A stretch of 63,688 nucleotides of DNA, counting the filler, from Nemertoderma westbladi (taxonomy: Eukaryota; Animalia; Xenacoelomorpha), in the NCBI GenBank assembly GCA_032718475.1. It is 4 parts of 4 records of this genome, joined end to end, with 100 filler letters (N's around TTAATTAATTAA, not from the genome) between each part and the next. Parts side by side here need not be neighbours in the genome. Positions count along the whole stretch, not along the records: positions 1 to 28,151 come from JAUCBJ010005696.1; positions 28,252 to 43,591 come from JAUCBJ010001757.1; 2 more parts are not named here. One strand, written 5' to 3'. Both the position numbers and the translations under genes were made by a program. Each line of letters begins with the position of its first letter. Position 1 is the first letter of the stretch. Under the pieces are notes generated by a model. It was not told the origin of the DNA, made no database searches, and worked only from the letters and a program-made list of their open reading frames with translations. Positions 26,201 through 38,218 of the stretch are shown here, piece after piece.

Positions 26201-26664
26201 CTACATTCCAGATGGTCAGAAACAAATTGGCAAAGGAACATATTAACTGGAGTACTCAATATAATAAGAAAACACTAAAACATGGATTTAATGTGGGTGA
26301 CCGAGTGTTTTTACACTCAATGTCAGAATGTAAAGGTCCAAATCATAAATTTGCCCGACCCTTTCTCGGACCATTCAAAATAATGAAATTGTCTGAGCAT
26401 AATGCAGATTTACTTTTGAATCACTCTGAATCCCATACACACGAAACTTTCACCGTTAATGTATCGCATCTAAAACGATGTCCAAGAGATCTGGATATGA
26501 TGACTAAACCTTATCTGGTCAAGACGCAAAATTATTCGAAGAGGTTCCATAATAGATTGCTATTGGACAACTCAAACTTGATTAATACAAGGACACCAAA
26601 AGACACTGAAATGGAACCCTATATTCATCCTTATCATACCCGATCTAAAGCCAAAAACACTTAA
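23249..26664 (+). pseudogene. pol: Pol: protease, RT, RNase H, integrase Zn-finger and C-terminus; frameshifted
   Basis: FADNGSEST, LCVDYRAVN, MSFGLTNAP, YLDDI (frameshifted), LETDAS, TDHSAL, H..GGH..CLEC, FLGPFKI. Confidence 0.9.
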
Positions 26665-26666
26665 TA

Positions 26667-26770
26667 CAGTAGAATTTAAGCAATAGCTGGATGGTTATAA
26701 ACTTTGGTGATGGGTCTTCAGTAGAATTTAAGCAATAGCTGGATGGTTATAAACTTTGGTGATGGGTCTT
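26667..26770. repeat. 52-bp exact tandem duplication in the Gypsy 3' UTR
   Basis: CAGTAGAATTTAAGCAATAGCTGGATGGTTATAAACTTTGGTGATGGGTCTT occurs twice. Confidence 0.9.
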
Positions 26771-27159
26771 TTGTATTAGTATGTTAACTTGATGGGTCTC
26801 AAGTCTTTCAACAGGGGGGATGTTATAGGATATTTTAGAGTAGATTATTATAGGACCTAAGAGGCCAAGCCTATATACTAGTTAGTTCTGTAGTTGGTTG
26901 TACTGATTTTGGCTGTTGTGCTTTGTACCGTGACATACCCTATTATAGCAGTATACTGCCTGTCTGTGGTGATATCTTTGTTTTGATTATGCATGACACT
27001 CTGCGGGCCTTTGGACCGTATGATAGTAGTAATAGCGCGCTCCTGATCACCCCTGTTTAACAGTAAAGTATGTACTGTTTTATTTACTGTTACTTCATAC
27101 AGTGAAGCACGTCTTTGTGTCCTTATCGGTTAGGCATGGGGTGGCCTGTTTAACAACAT

Positions 27160-27495
27160 CTGTAAATGAAAACATTGAAGAGCTTTCCTTCGATAGTATC
27201 TCAGAGAATAGTGAAGAGCTTGAACCGAATAGCAGTAGCTCAAGTGATTATGAGTCGGATGACAATGACGAAGAAGACTATGGGAGTGAAACAGATCCAG
27301 CATACAATGATAGGGATGAATTGTGTGGGCTCTGCCTGCAAGTAAATCCACCAGGGAGCTAGCTACAAAGTTCACGCGATTAGTTGACGCGATTAAATGG
27401 GAAGACTGCGATTGCAGACTGTTCAAAGTGGTACCATGCTACTTGCATCATCCATGCTGGAAAAGAGGTCGGTAGTGAAGTATGCAAGTGCAATT
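27160..27495 (+). pseudogene. Acidic tract plus PHD-finger fragment, probably a transposon ORF C-terminus
   Basis: SSSDYESDDNDEE..CGLCLQVNPP..WEDCDC/CSKWYHATC, disrupted by a stop and a frameshift. Confidence 0.5.
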
Positions 27496-27712
27496 AACTA
27501 CTAATAATAATTAGGTTAATAACTAATTAAGTTAATATTAATAATATTAACTATGTAAAGTTATTCTCAAATTAATGTACTATTTAAATTTAAGTAGTAT
27601 ATAAATATAATAAATAATTTAAATAAATTAAATAAATAAATAAATAATTACATGTATTAAATATTAGTACATTAAATAAATTATTCAATATTGTATTTAC
27701 ACTTTATTCAAG

Positions 27713-27932
27713 GTTCAAACTTCCTGAACTTGTATCATCATAAATTGGATACTGGGATTGATGCAACATGGCATTTCTTTGCCACTAGCCATTGAAAGAA
27801 TGCTTGTGATGGTGTTGGTGGGACAGTGAAACGTATAATATCAAAGCTGAGTCTAAAAAGGCCATCCAATATCCAAATAGTCACACCAAAACTCATGTAA
27901 GAAGCTGGTAAGGAATCGATTCCAAGTGTTAG
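27713..27932 (+). pseudogene. Exon-like fragment of a Sola2-like DDE transposase
   Basis: FLNLYHH..GIDATWHFFATSH*KNACDGVGGTVKR, flanked by an AG acceptor and a GTATGT donor. Not in the ORF track. Confidence 0.6.
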
Positions 27933-28151
27933 GTATGTATAATACTAGTAGTACAGCGAAATGAAATTAAATTTATTACAGTTCATATTGAAAAACAAGT
28001 TTTAGTTGGCAGCAATATGTTCGCGCTTTCAGACCTTTGGCAGTTTAATCCGCCAAATTAAGATGTCTTCTAGATATTAAATCGCTTTTTAGCCTATGAC
28101 AAGTATTTGATTCACTACACTAGTCGAAACCAATCTGTGCGCGATCATTCA

Positions 28152-28251
28152 NNNNNNNNNNNNNNNNNNNNNNNNNNNNNNNNNNNNNNNNNNNNTTAAT
28201 TAATTAANNNNNNNNNNNNNNNNNNNNNNNNNNNNNNNNNNNNNNNNNNNN
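28152..28251. other. Artificial contig linker
   Basis: N44-TTAATTAATTAA-N44, with stops in all six frames. Identical at three sites. Confidence 0.97.
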
Positions 28252-28375
28252 TAATTTCACGGCATAACCTAAATGTGCCGTGAAATTTCACGGCATAAAC
28301 TATACGTGCTGCAAAATTTCCCGGCATAAACTAAACGTGCCGCGAAATTTCATGGCAAAACTAAACTGCCGCGAA
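28252..28375. repeat. ~32-bp imperfect tandem repeats resembling CMC/CACTA subterminal repeats
   Basis: AATTTCACGGCATAAAC..GTGCCG[T/C]GA occurs ~4 times and is internally quasi-palindromic. Confidence 0.6.
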
Positions 28376-29447
28376 GCTGATTTATTTCACAACTGTGTCA
28401 GTTGTGGGCCACCGTAATAAACAGCTTGTTATTTTCGAATTATTATATTTTGAGCACTATAAGCTCCAATAAACTTTGAGATTTTTTGTGATAAAGGTAT
28501 CAAATTATCTTTGTTCCAAACAACAGCCATTAAATGATTATGCCCGATATTCGATAGTGGTGGTAGCGAGCTGTTCCCATGACCGTTATAGGAAATAGTT
28601 TTTACGTGAAATCGAAAGTTAATAGCGTGTTAGAAAGATGTTCTAAGCATTTTCACAAACATAAAATATTATTTGACACCCTCGGCTCACCCATAATAAT
28701 GTATTGCACTAATATCAAACTTTTACAAAGTTCTTTTGCTAAATTTTATGTGGCTTACCGCTTACTCTACTTTCAGTACGTGTATATTGTAAATGTATGT
28801 ACAATACAGTATAATGTCCACTCGTTACTCAACTTTATTTACTACAGAATAGCAAATAGGCTGATTGTTTGGCTCGTAACTATTGGAAACATATCAGCAG
28901 CTGAGCAGAAACTATAATATTAGACACCTATTAGCTGTCTAATATTTATATTCTAATTAGACTAGAAATTAGGCTAGTCTAAAGTTGGTGCATAATGATT
29001 AGACTGAGCTGGTTCTAATTAGAACAGGTTACCTAGTTCAGACTAATTAGATCGCTTGGTGCATACCACCCCTGACCCCGGTCCTAAAAGGGGCCTGGTT
29101 TACTAGTAAACACGTAGTAAATCAGGATAATCGTAGCGGTACCTTCTTACCCTCCGGCGATCGCGTGGAATGTAATATCCTCTTGCAGACCAATCTGGCC
29201 CAAAAGGAGTCCTAGCCCAATCAGATCTCCGGTCCCCGAGACCGGTTCGTAGTGATTTGGGACCACCGAACAAGGAAGGAGAAGGTAGGACTAAACGCTC
29301 GAGAGGCTAGGAAAATGAAGCAAAAATACAGCCTACAGTACCGATTGCACCACAATCAAAAGCATAAGGTGATACTTAGCCAGTTTCCTTTTCGTCTCAG
29401 TTTGTAGATGACTTTCGAAACAGAACGAGTTTGAGGAAGAGTTAAGT

Positions 29448-29650
29448 GTTGAGAAACAGCGCTGAGAAACAGCGATGAGAAACAGCGTTGAGAAACAGCA
29501 TTGAGAAACAGCGTTGAGAAACCGCGTTGAGAAACAGCGATGAGAAACAGCGTTGAGAAACAGCGATGAGAAACAGCGATGAGAAACAGCGTTGAGAAAC
29601 AGCGATGAGAAACAGCAATGAGAAACAGCGTTGAAAAACAGCGCTGAGAA
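29448..29650. repeat. 13-bp minisatellite (G[T/A]TGAGAAACAGC), ~15 copies
   Basis: Clear 13-bp period. It explains the overlapping minus-strand ORFs at 29333-29674. Confidence 0.92.
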
Positions 29651-31759
29651 AATTGAACACTTATCCGCATTCAACTATTTCTTACTATACACAATTCCGG
29701 GTGTAATCCGGGCTCCTTTACTAAGTGTTGCGGGAAGTGTCAACTTATGCAGGGGATTAGTTCGTTAGTGGATACATTGTCTTTATACGCAGTTTCAGTT
29801 AGTACCAATAAAACAAGATTTAATAATGCTTAGAACAATAAAAGTGTATATTTTAATGTTACAGTAGTTGCAATATTGATAGATAAACCGTCATAAATAA
29901 ACTGGTAAGAAATAGTAGCCACTTTGAGGAGTGGTACTTGCCTGGGAACTAAATAATATACCGTTAGTCCTAAAATCATCTACAACAATTATGTTATATA
30001 AACTCAGCTTTAAATACTGGTAAACCAATAATGAATCCAATTTAAGCATTTAACCAATCACAGGGCGAGGAATCGCACTGTGCAAATAGAACCAACAACA
30101 GTAAGCTGACATTGTAGTTAACTGTTCATTATGAAGCCTAACACAGATAAAACTGTAGCCATGGTTACCGTTTACCGTTCAGTGTATAAGTAAAGGGCCA
30201 TTAAGGTGGTTCTTAAATTCAACGCGCCGCAAATTTCCTTATTATGAATAGAAATTGATAATTCAACAACCGGATTCGTGTACATTATTGGTTACTTTAA
30301 CCTGCTTTTCAGACATTTCTCATATTATAATCTGCAAATAATAATAACTGAAATGCAAAGAAATTAAAGCTGTTAATTAATTGAATATAGCAATTGTTTG
30401 TGTACGTTTTAATTTAGCAAGGTGAATTTAATTTAGTTGATAAATAAATGTAAAATATTAAAATATAATGAAAAAATATCTAAATGGATAACAAAATAGT
30501 GTTTAAATAGAACCGTCTCCGAATATTCTAAAAACGCGAAAATCGGAGTGGAGAGGAAGCGAGCAGAATGGAGTAGGGGGGGCGGGCCGTACCTGAAATC
30601 GCGAAGGGCCTGAGCGCGTGGGCGCGAGGATTGATTCAAGGTAAGAACCCGGGCCTTAAATGTGCAGGAAATTACCACGAACTATACCTTGGGTACTAGT
30701 GAACGGAAAGTGAAGTACCGGCGCAGCGGTAAGTCTCGTTTGCCTGACGTGATATTTGGGCTCGGTTCAACCGTCTTCTTAAACCTTCAGCTCAGCAGCT
30801 CTCTTCATTTTTTTTCGTTATTCTAGAACATATGGCAACCCACACCACAGTACTGCCGCGCCAAGCAACCCAAGTATAAAATATTTTGTTACTACTGAGC
30901 GCAAATTATTATTATTATTATTAATAATTTTTAAGAGATCTTTTTTTGCATAGAGAACATCTTGGGGAATTTGCCAGGACTTTTGCCCACTTGATTAATT
31001 GATAATAAAGACGATGAGCTGTTCTTCAATTACTCTCAAAATTTTCCCAAAACAAAGTTGTAATACCAAACTAACCTTTTCTTGGGGGTTTTAATTTACT
31101 ATCAACATAAATCCACACTTGCGCTCTTTGCTCCTTATGTTTATAATCGCAATGACCACATCCCACAACAATGGATTATTACGAACAATTTCTATAAGTT
31201 CATGCTCATAATCATCCGTCTTACCAAAAGTAAAAAGTATCCAAGTAAAAAATTAATAAATCATAATTTTATTTATTTAATTTATTTCATAGAAACTCCA
31301 TCCTAGTATTAAAATAAACTCGCATATCTGATTGCAATTTATAAATAAAATATAAAATTAATATTTAATTAATTCATATATTAATTAATTATTATTAATA
31401 CAAATTATAGTATAGAATCTCTAAATATCTATCAAAGATTTCACGTTTTATTTAATTTGTTTCATTTTGAAGTGTTGGCGTTTTAGAAAAAATGAACATG
31501 CTCATTCCTCAAATAAAAACACATTACCCGCCAACGCATGACACGTAAACGTCAACACACCAACACAAAACCACCAACATTTAAAACGGAATATGCATAT
31601 CCAATGTTATATTAATAAGTGTTGGCGTTTTAGAAAAAATGAACACCATGAAAAAGTGATACGTAAACCGCCAACCGTGACACGCCAACACTGGTGTATT
31701 CCCGCCAAATGAAAACAGGTTGTTCATTTCAAATTTCACGCGTAAACCGTCAACCACCG

Positions 31760-34502
31760 ATGCGATAATCGGCGCGATGATAACCTAACCGATGCGGAAC
31801 TCTGTCAAGATCACGATGTATTACTATTTAATGAAACTCTATTTACGGAGGACCAGATTGATGTGCAGGGCTATTATTCCTTTGTTCAGCCCGCGAAGAA
31901 ACCCCCACATGGCCGGCCCCAGAGTGGTCTTGCCATTTTGGTAAAACCAAGTCTACAGCCGGGTGTATTAACTAAGTGCGAAAGTTACATGGTCTGCAGA
32001 ACGACAACTTGTTGCTTTATTTTTTTCTATTTCGAACCTGACACACCTATTGGCGAAATTGTTTTAAACATCTCGGTGTCCCTTACATTTGCTCAGGATG
32101 ACGACAATATAATATTAGCTGGGGATTTCAACTGCCGTTTAGACTACGGAAATCGTGGATCAGAACTTATAGAAAGTTTAAACAGCCTTGGTTTCAACCT
32201 CATTGAATTTGAGTCACCTGGAATCCCTACGTATATATCACCCCAGGGTGAAAGCGTCATTGACTTGATTTTCGCGAAATACTATGGTATAATAACAAGA
32301 GCTCTGCCAAGACTTACGATAACGCCCACGCCGCAACGCAAACACCAACGTTTGTCTACCATACTCAAGATAAACAGTGTGACACCAGAATATATGACAA
32401 GACCAACCCCATTATCTCGCAAAATAAACATGGACACATTACAATCGCATCCACAACTTCCTGATCTATTAAATGTATTTCAGAACAAGACTGATATTAA
32501 CGTTGCGGAGACCTTGCTGACAACAATTATAAAGGAATCTACAATTCCTAAACCAATCAAACGGTTTCGGGGAAAACCATGGTTCGACGACGAGTGTAGA
32601 TCCGCGAAGTCGCAAGTTATGGACGCTCTGAGATTGAGAACGACCGATACAACAAACCGCCTTCATTACTGGGCTATTAGGAAAGAGTATAAGAAGTTAC
32701 TGAAAGCGAAGAAGGAATCGTATGAGAAGGAGATCGTACTGAAACGGGTAGCTGATGCTGAGATCGACCCTTGGTCTCTTTTTAAGGACCGGAAGCCGCC
32801 GACTGTGGCACCGATTGGAGTCGACCGTCTAGGCGAACATTTCCAGGCTCTATTGGGAACTGAAAACAATCCACACGAATGCCCAGTCGTACCGAGCACA
32901 TCTCCAGAGGAGCGCGAAGCGCCTGAGTGGTATAATGAACCAGTCACTAAGGAGGAGATCTATCTAGCAGCTCGAAATGCACCCAACAAGAAGGCCAGTG
33001 GCCCCGACGGTTTATTTTATGAACACATTAAGCAATCACTTCCTTTTCTTGCGGTTTTTATTATGATGTTATTTAATTTTTGTTTAAACGTTGGATCTAT
33101 ACCAGTATCGTGGTCTCACAGTTTTATCAAAATCTTATATAAAGGAAAGGGTGCGTTAAATAACCCAGATAATTATCGTGGGATAGCTCTAACATCTATA
33201 ATGTTGAAACTATTAACCGCGATAATGAATAAACGTATAATTTATAATCTAAGAGACCAGATCCCTATTGAACAATTTGGTTTTTTGCCTGGAAAGAGTG
33301 CAGTTGAAGCTATTATACAGTTACTTAGATATATTAGTGAGGCCTTTAATTCGAGTTCTAGAAATGAACGCATTGTATATGCCTGTTTTGTAGATTTTAG
33401 AAAGGCTTTTGATTCTGTGCCCAGAGCCCTACTTCTATACAAATTGTATACATTAGGTGTCAAGGGGAAACTTTTTGATCTTATTAAGTCAATATTAAAT
33501 AACAGTTTTCAAATTTTTGATGGTTTACGATTCTCAAATATCATACAACTTCGGGGTATTTTACAGGGCGATTGTTTATCGCCAACATGTTTTTTACTTT
33601 TTATAGCAGATTTAGTCAGTGCTCTACGTGCAGTTGTTGCTACAATATTATCTATTTTTTATGCGGATGATTTAGTATTCTTTTCAAAGAGTAGAGACGA
33701 TATTCAGTCATCATTGAACGCGTTATTTGAATGGTGCAGGAAAAATGGAATGGACGTGAATTTGGTGAAAACTAAAATAGTTAAATTTCGAAAAGGTGGT
33801 CGTTTAAGTACTAATGATACATTTACATACAATGGTAATCTAGTTAAAGTAGAAAAACAATACCAATACTTAGGCGTAACAGTACAGTCGTCGTTGTGCT
33901 TTACAAACCATATCAATAGTAAAAAAGTTGAAGCTTATAAGTTAATAGGTTATTTTATTAAGTTTCAATTACTATCTACGGATACTGGTTTAAAGATTTT
34001 TAATGGTAAAGTGCTTCCGATGATTACTTATGGCCTACCTGCGTATGGTATTTATCTTAAATTGTCAAACCTTAAAGAAATCGATAAAACGAAATCAACT
34101 TTTATTAAACGTATGCTAGGTCTACACATATCTTCATCGTCAACATTTGTGCATAACTTACTTGGTGAACCAACTTTGATAGAATATATTTTAGATAGGA
34201 ACCCAAATATTTTTAACAAGACTACTGTGCTAAAATATAGGAACTATAGAGCTGAACGGATGAATAATTTTATAAGGGAGGGCTACCTAGAGGGACCTGC
34301 CTTTCAAAACTTCAACTGGAAACGACCTGGACAACGAAATCGTCATGCTGCCTGTAGGGCAACATCTCACGGGTTTCACCATCTGATCTGCTGCACTATG
34401 AACTCATTCCACTCCCCAAAAGAAGACTGTATCTGTAGTTTCTGTGGTGGGAACTGTGAAAACAGATATCACGCCCTTCGATGTCCTGCCTGTCCTGCCT
34501 AA
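31760..34502 (+). CDS. Near-intact non-LTR retrotransposon ORF2 (APE endonuclease, RT, C-terminal Cys/His domain), slightly 5'-truncated; RTEX/L2-like, clade uncertain
   Basis: The frame is open upstream of the called GTG (DVLLFNET). Motifs LAGDFNCR, SVIDLIF, KPWFDDEC, ASGPDG, NYRGIAL, FVDFRKAFDSV, GILQGDCLSP, FYADD, YQYLG, SHGFHHLICC..CICSFC..YHALRC. No stops over ~910 codons. Confidence 0.93.
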
Positions 34503-34540
34503 ATTCGTTAGCCTAAATTCGTTGGCCTAAATTCGTTAGC
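34499..34540 (+). repeat. 14-bp repeat x3 (CTAAATTCGTT[A/G]GC) at the LINE 3' end
   Basis: Overlaps the stop codon and follows a TGTCCTGCC duplication. Confidence 0.8.
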
Positions 34541-34827
34541 TGCATGAGTTTTATATATGTATCCGTTTTGCACGATATTTTAGAATTATTTTTATCAAAG
34601 AGTTGTTAATATTTAATTGAATAATAATAAATTGTTTTATTCACACATTGAACTAAAGTAATACTGTACATATGTAAATTATTATAAATATTATGAAATA
34701 TGTTTTATAGAGTAGCCTATCGTATTTCAATATCATTGTTTAATAGTTGCGTTTATCACCAGTGCAATAAGATGGAATCCGATAAATATATTTACCCCGG
34801 TATGGGGGTGTTGATTGTCTTTAAAAA

Positions 34828-36222
34828 TTCCCGCCAAATGAAAACAGGTTGTTCATTTCAAATTTCACGCGTAAACCGTCAACCATCAACCGTGACACGT
34901 GACACGCCAACACTGGTGTATTCCCGCCAAATGAAAACAGGTTATTCATTTCAAATTTCACGCGTAAACCGTCAACCATCAACCGTGACACGTGACACGC
35001 CAACACTGGTGTATTCCCGCCAAATGAAAACAGGTTGTTCATTTCAAATTTCACGCGTAAACCGTCAACCATCAACCGTGACACGTGACACGCCAACACT
35101 GGTGTATTCCCGCCAAATGAAAACAGGTTGTTCATTTCAAATTTCACGCGTAAACCGTCAACCATCAACCGTGACACGTGACACGCCAACACTGGTGTAT
35201 TCCCGCCAAATGAAAACAGGTTATTCATTTCAAATTTCACGCGTAAACCGTCAACCATCAACCGTGACACGTGACACGCCAACACTGGTGTATTCCCGCC
35301 AAATGAAAACAGGTTGTTCATTTCAAATTTCACGCGTAAACCGTCAACCATCAACCGTGACACGTGACACGCCAACACTGGTGTATTCCCGCCAAATGAA
35401 AACAGGTTGTTCATTTCAAATTTCACGCGTAAACCGTCAACCATCAACCGTGACACGTGACACGCCAACACTGGTGTATTCCCGCTAAATGAAAACAGGT
35501 TATTCATTTCAAATTTCACGCGTAAACCGTCAACCATCAACCGTGACACGTGACACGCCAACACTGGTGTATTCCCGCCAAATGAAAACAGGTTGTTCAT
35601 TTCAAATTTCACGCGTAAACCGTCAACCATCAACCGTGACACGTGACACGCCAACACTGGTGTATTCCCGCCAAATGAAAACAGGTTGTTCATTTCAAAT
35701 TTCATGCGTAAACCGTCAACCATCAACCGTGACACGTGACAGGCCAACACTGGTGTATTCCCGCCAAATGAAAACAGGTTGTTCATTTCAAATTTCACGC
35801 GTAAACCGTCAACCATCAACCGTGACACGTGACAGGCCAACACTGGTGTATTCCCGCCAAATGAAAACAGGTTGTTCATTTCAAATTTCACGCGTAAACC
35901 GTCAACCATCAACCGTGACACGTGACACGCCAACACTGGTGTATTCCCGCCAAATGAAAACAGGTTGTTCATTTCAAATTTCCCGCGTAAACCGTCAACC
36001 ATCAACCGTGACACGTGACACGCCAACAGTGGTGTATTCCCGCCAAATGAAAACAGGTTGTTCATTTCAAATTTCACGCGTAAACCGTCAACCACCAACC
36101 GTGACACGTGACACGCAACACTGGTGTATTCCCGCCAAATGAAAACAGGTTGTTCATTTCAAATTTCATGCGTAAACCGTCAACCACCAACCGTGACACG
36201 TGACACGCCAACACTGGTGTAT
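34828..36222. repeat. 93-bp satellite, ~15 near-identical copies; an orphan unit lies at ~31661-31760
   Basis: Unit ATTCCCGCCAAATGAAAACAGG..CGCCAACACTGGTGT. The 31-codon period generates the ORFs 34700-36142 and 34821-36107. Confidence 0.97.
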
Positions 36223-36578
36223 ACGCAGCGTATATGTTGTATATTTTATAATGATACTTGTATTTTAGATGTCCGAGGTAATAGATTTAATAAAATAATT
36301 AAAGCAATATTAATTAAGGTGATCGGTGTTGGTATACTGCAGGTAGACCATAAATTAAACTTGAAAATCATATCTGAAACTATCTGAACCCAAACACTAA
36401 ATAAATATGGGACCGAATTTGTTTTAGGACCGAATTGTCCAGTTCCTGATAGAAACATAATTCAATGCAAAAACAAAATACTATGAAAATTGAATAACAT
36501 ATACTGTATTTAGCTACTTTTAGCATATGTATAATATACACCATAACCCTTAAATACAACAACCATTTTTAGGGGGTC

Positions 36579-37449
36579 GGAGCCCCCCCCCCCCCTAATT
36601 TTTTTCAAATTTCAATAAAATGCTACGAAATTTGGTATGATGATAGATCGACACCTTTCTTACTGGTGGCCTGGCCGGATTTTTTAATTTATGAGCTATT
36701 TCGATACGACAAGCCGTTAAAAATACTCTATTTCGCAATATTTAGCCACCTCCGTCGGATTTATTTTTCGTCTTTGGAATGAAATCTAGATATCACTAGA
36801 TCCGCCTTCATCTGCAGATTCTGAATCTGAAACCCCTTGAAAATTTCAACAAGAACTTCCGGAGATATTATCAAAATTGTAAATTAAAATATAAAATAAA
36901 AAATAAAAATAAGAAATAATAAAAAATAAAACGTGTAAATTTTTGAAACGTAAATCGCTATAATTCTAATTATTTTTTACTAAATTCTAGAATATTAATT
37001 ATGGGTAATGAAAAAACAAGATGGAGAGTTTTAAACACTCAGCTAAATAATAATTAATATTCTAGAATAAAGACAACAAAACATCAGAATTATAGCGATT
37101 TACGTCTCTGAATTTATATACATTAGTATTTTTGATAATATATTTACAAATTGTTTGTTAAATTTAAAACGGTTTTCAGATTCGGAATCTACAGACGAAG
37201 GTGCTTCGAATGATATCTAGATTACATTTCAAAGACGTAAAATAAAGTGCGGCGGAACCTCCGAATAAAATACGGAGGTGGTTAAACATTGCTAAATAAA
37301 CATATTTTAAGGGATTGTTGTATGGAAATAACTGAGAAATTAAAAAATCCGGCCAGGCCACCAGTAAGAAAAGGTGTCGATCTATCATCATACCGAATTT
37401 CGTAGCATTTTATTGAAATTTGAAAAAAATTAGGGGGGGGGGGGGCTCC
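36579..37449. mobile_element. Foldback-type MITE with long (~300-bp) imperfect inverted arms
   Basis: GGAGCCCC..AATTTTTTTCAAATTTCAATAAAATGCTACGAAAT..GGCCTGGCCGG on the left, and its reverse complement ending GGGGCTCC at 37449. No TSD identified. Confidence 0.85.
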
Positions 37450-37453
37450 TTTT

Positions 37454-37545
37454 ATTCGGTCCCGTACAATTCTGTCCCGGACAATTCGGTCCCGGACAAT
37501 TCGGGCCCGGACAATTCGGTCCAGAACAATTCGATCCCGGACAAT
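37454..37545. repeat. 15-bp repeat (ATTCGGTCCCGGACA) x6
   Basis: Tandem copies. The reverse-complement motif occurs at ~36410-36445 and ~42882-42930. Confidence 0.85.
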
Positions 37546-37547
37546 TA

Positions 37548-38218
37548 GGATCTGTGGAAGGTGTGGGAGGCGGAGTGGGAAGTACAGGAGGATCTGTGGA
37601 GGGTGTGGGAGGCGGAGTTGGAAGTACAAGAGGATCTCTGGAGGGTGTAGGAGACGGAGTGGGAAGTACAGGAGGATCTGTGGAGGGTGTGGGAGGCGGA
37701 TTGGGAAGTATGGGAGGATCTGTGGAGGGTGTGGGAGACGGAGTGGGAAGTACAGGAGGATCTGTGGAGGGTGTGGGAGACGGAGTGGGAGGTACAGGAG
37801 GATCTGTGGAGGGTGTGGGAGACGGAGTGGAAAGTATGGGGGGATCTGTGGAGGGTGTGGGAGACGGAGTGGGAGGTACAGGAGGATCTGTGGAGGGTGT
37901 GGGAGACGGAGTGGGAAGTATGGGGGGATCTGTGGAGGGTGTGGGAGACGGAGTGGGAAGTACAGGAGGATCTGTGGAGGGTGTGGGAGACGGAGTGGGA
38001 AGTACAGGAGGATCTTTGGAGGGTGTGGGAGACGGAGTGGGAAGTATGGGGGGATCTGTGGAGGGTGTGGGAGGCGGAGTGGGAAGTACAGGAGGATCTG
38101 TGAAGGGTGTGGGAGACGGAGTGGGAAGTACAGGAGGATCTGCGAAGGGTGTAGAAGACAGAGTGGGAGGTACATGAGGATCTGTGGAGGGTGTGTGAGA
38201 CGGAGTAGGAAGTACAGG
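37548..38218. repeat. 42-bp G-rich minisatellite, ~16 copies
   Basis: Unit GGATCTGTGGAGGGTGTGGGAGACGGAGTGGGAAGTACAGGA. It generates five overlapping repetitive ORFs. Confidence 0.95.

Larger units (their letters stand above)
20820..27158 (+). mobile_element. Decayed Gypsy element lacking a 5' LTR, with the integrase core deleted
   Basis: Gag 21357-23248 (coiled coil, CYICGDVSHIAPDC) and pol 23249-26664. PPT AGGGGGGA, then a putative LTR TGTTAT..ACAACA at 26821-27158. The 5' boundary is approximate. Confidence 0.85.

Noticed and set aside
28152-28251. TTAATTAATTAA palindrome recurring three times
   Set aside because: It is an N-flanked synthetic linker with six-frame stops, not biology. Synteny across it is unproven.
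30200-30830. CpG-richer segment, possibly a promoter or Kolobok-like element
   Set aside because: No convincing TIR pair, TSD or downstream gene was found.
34700-36142. 31-aa repeat proteins on both strands
   Set aside because: They are translations of the 93-bp satellite.
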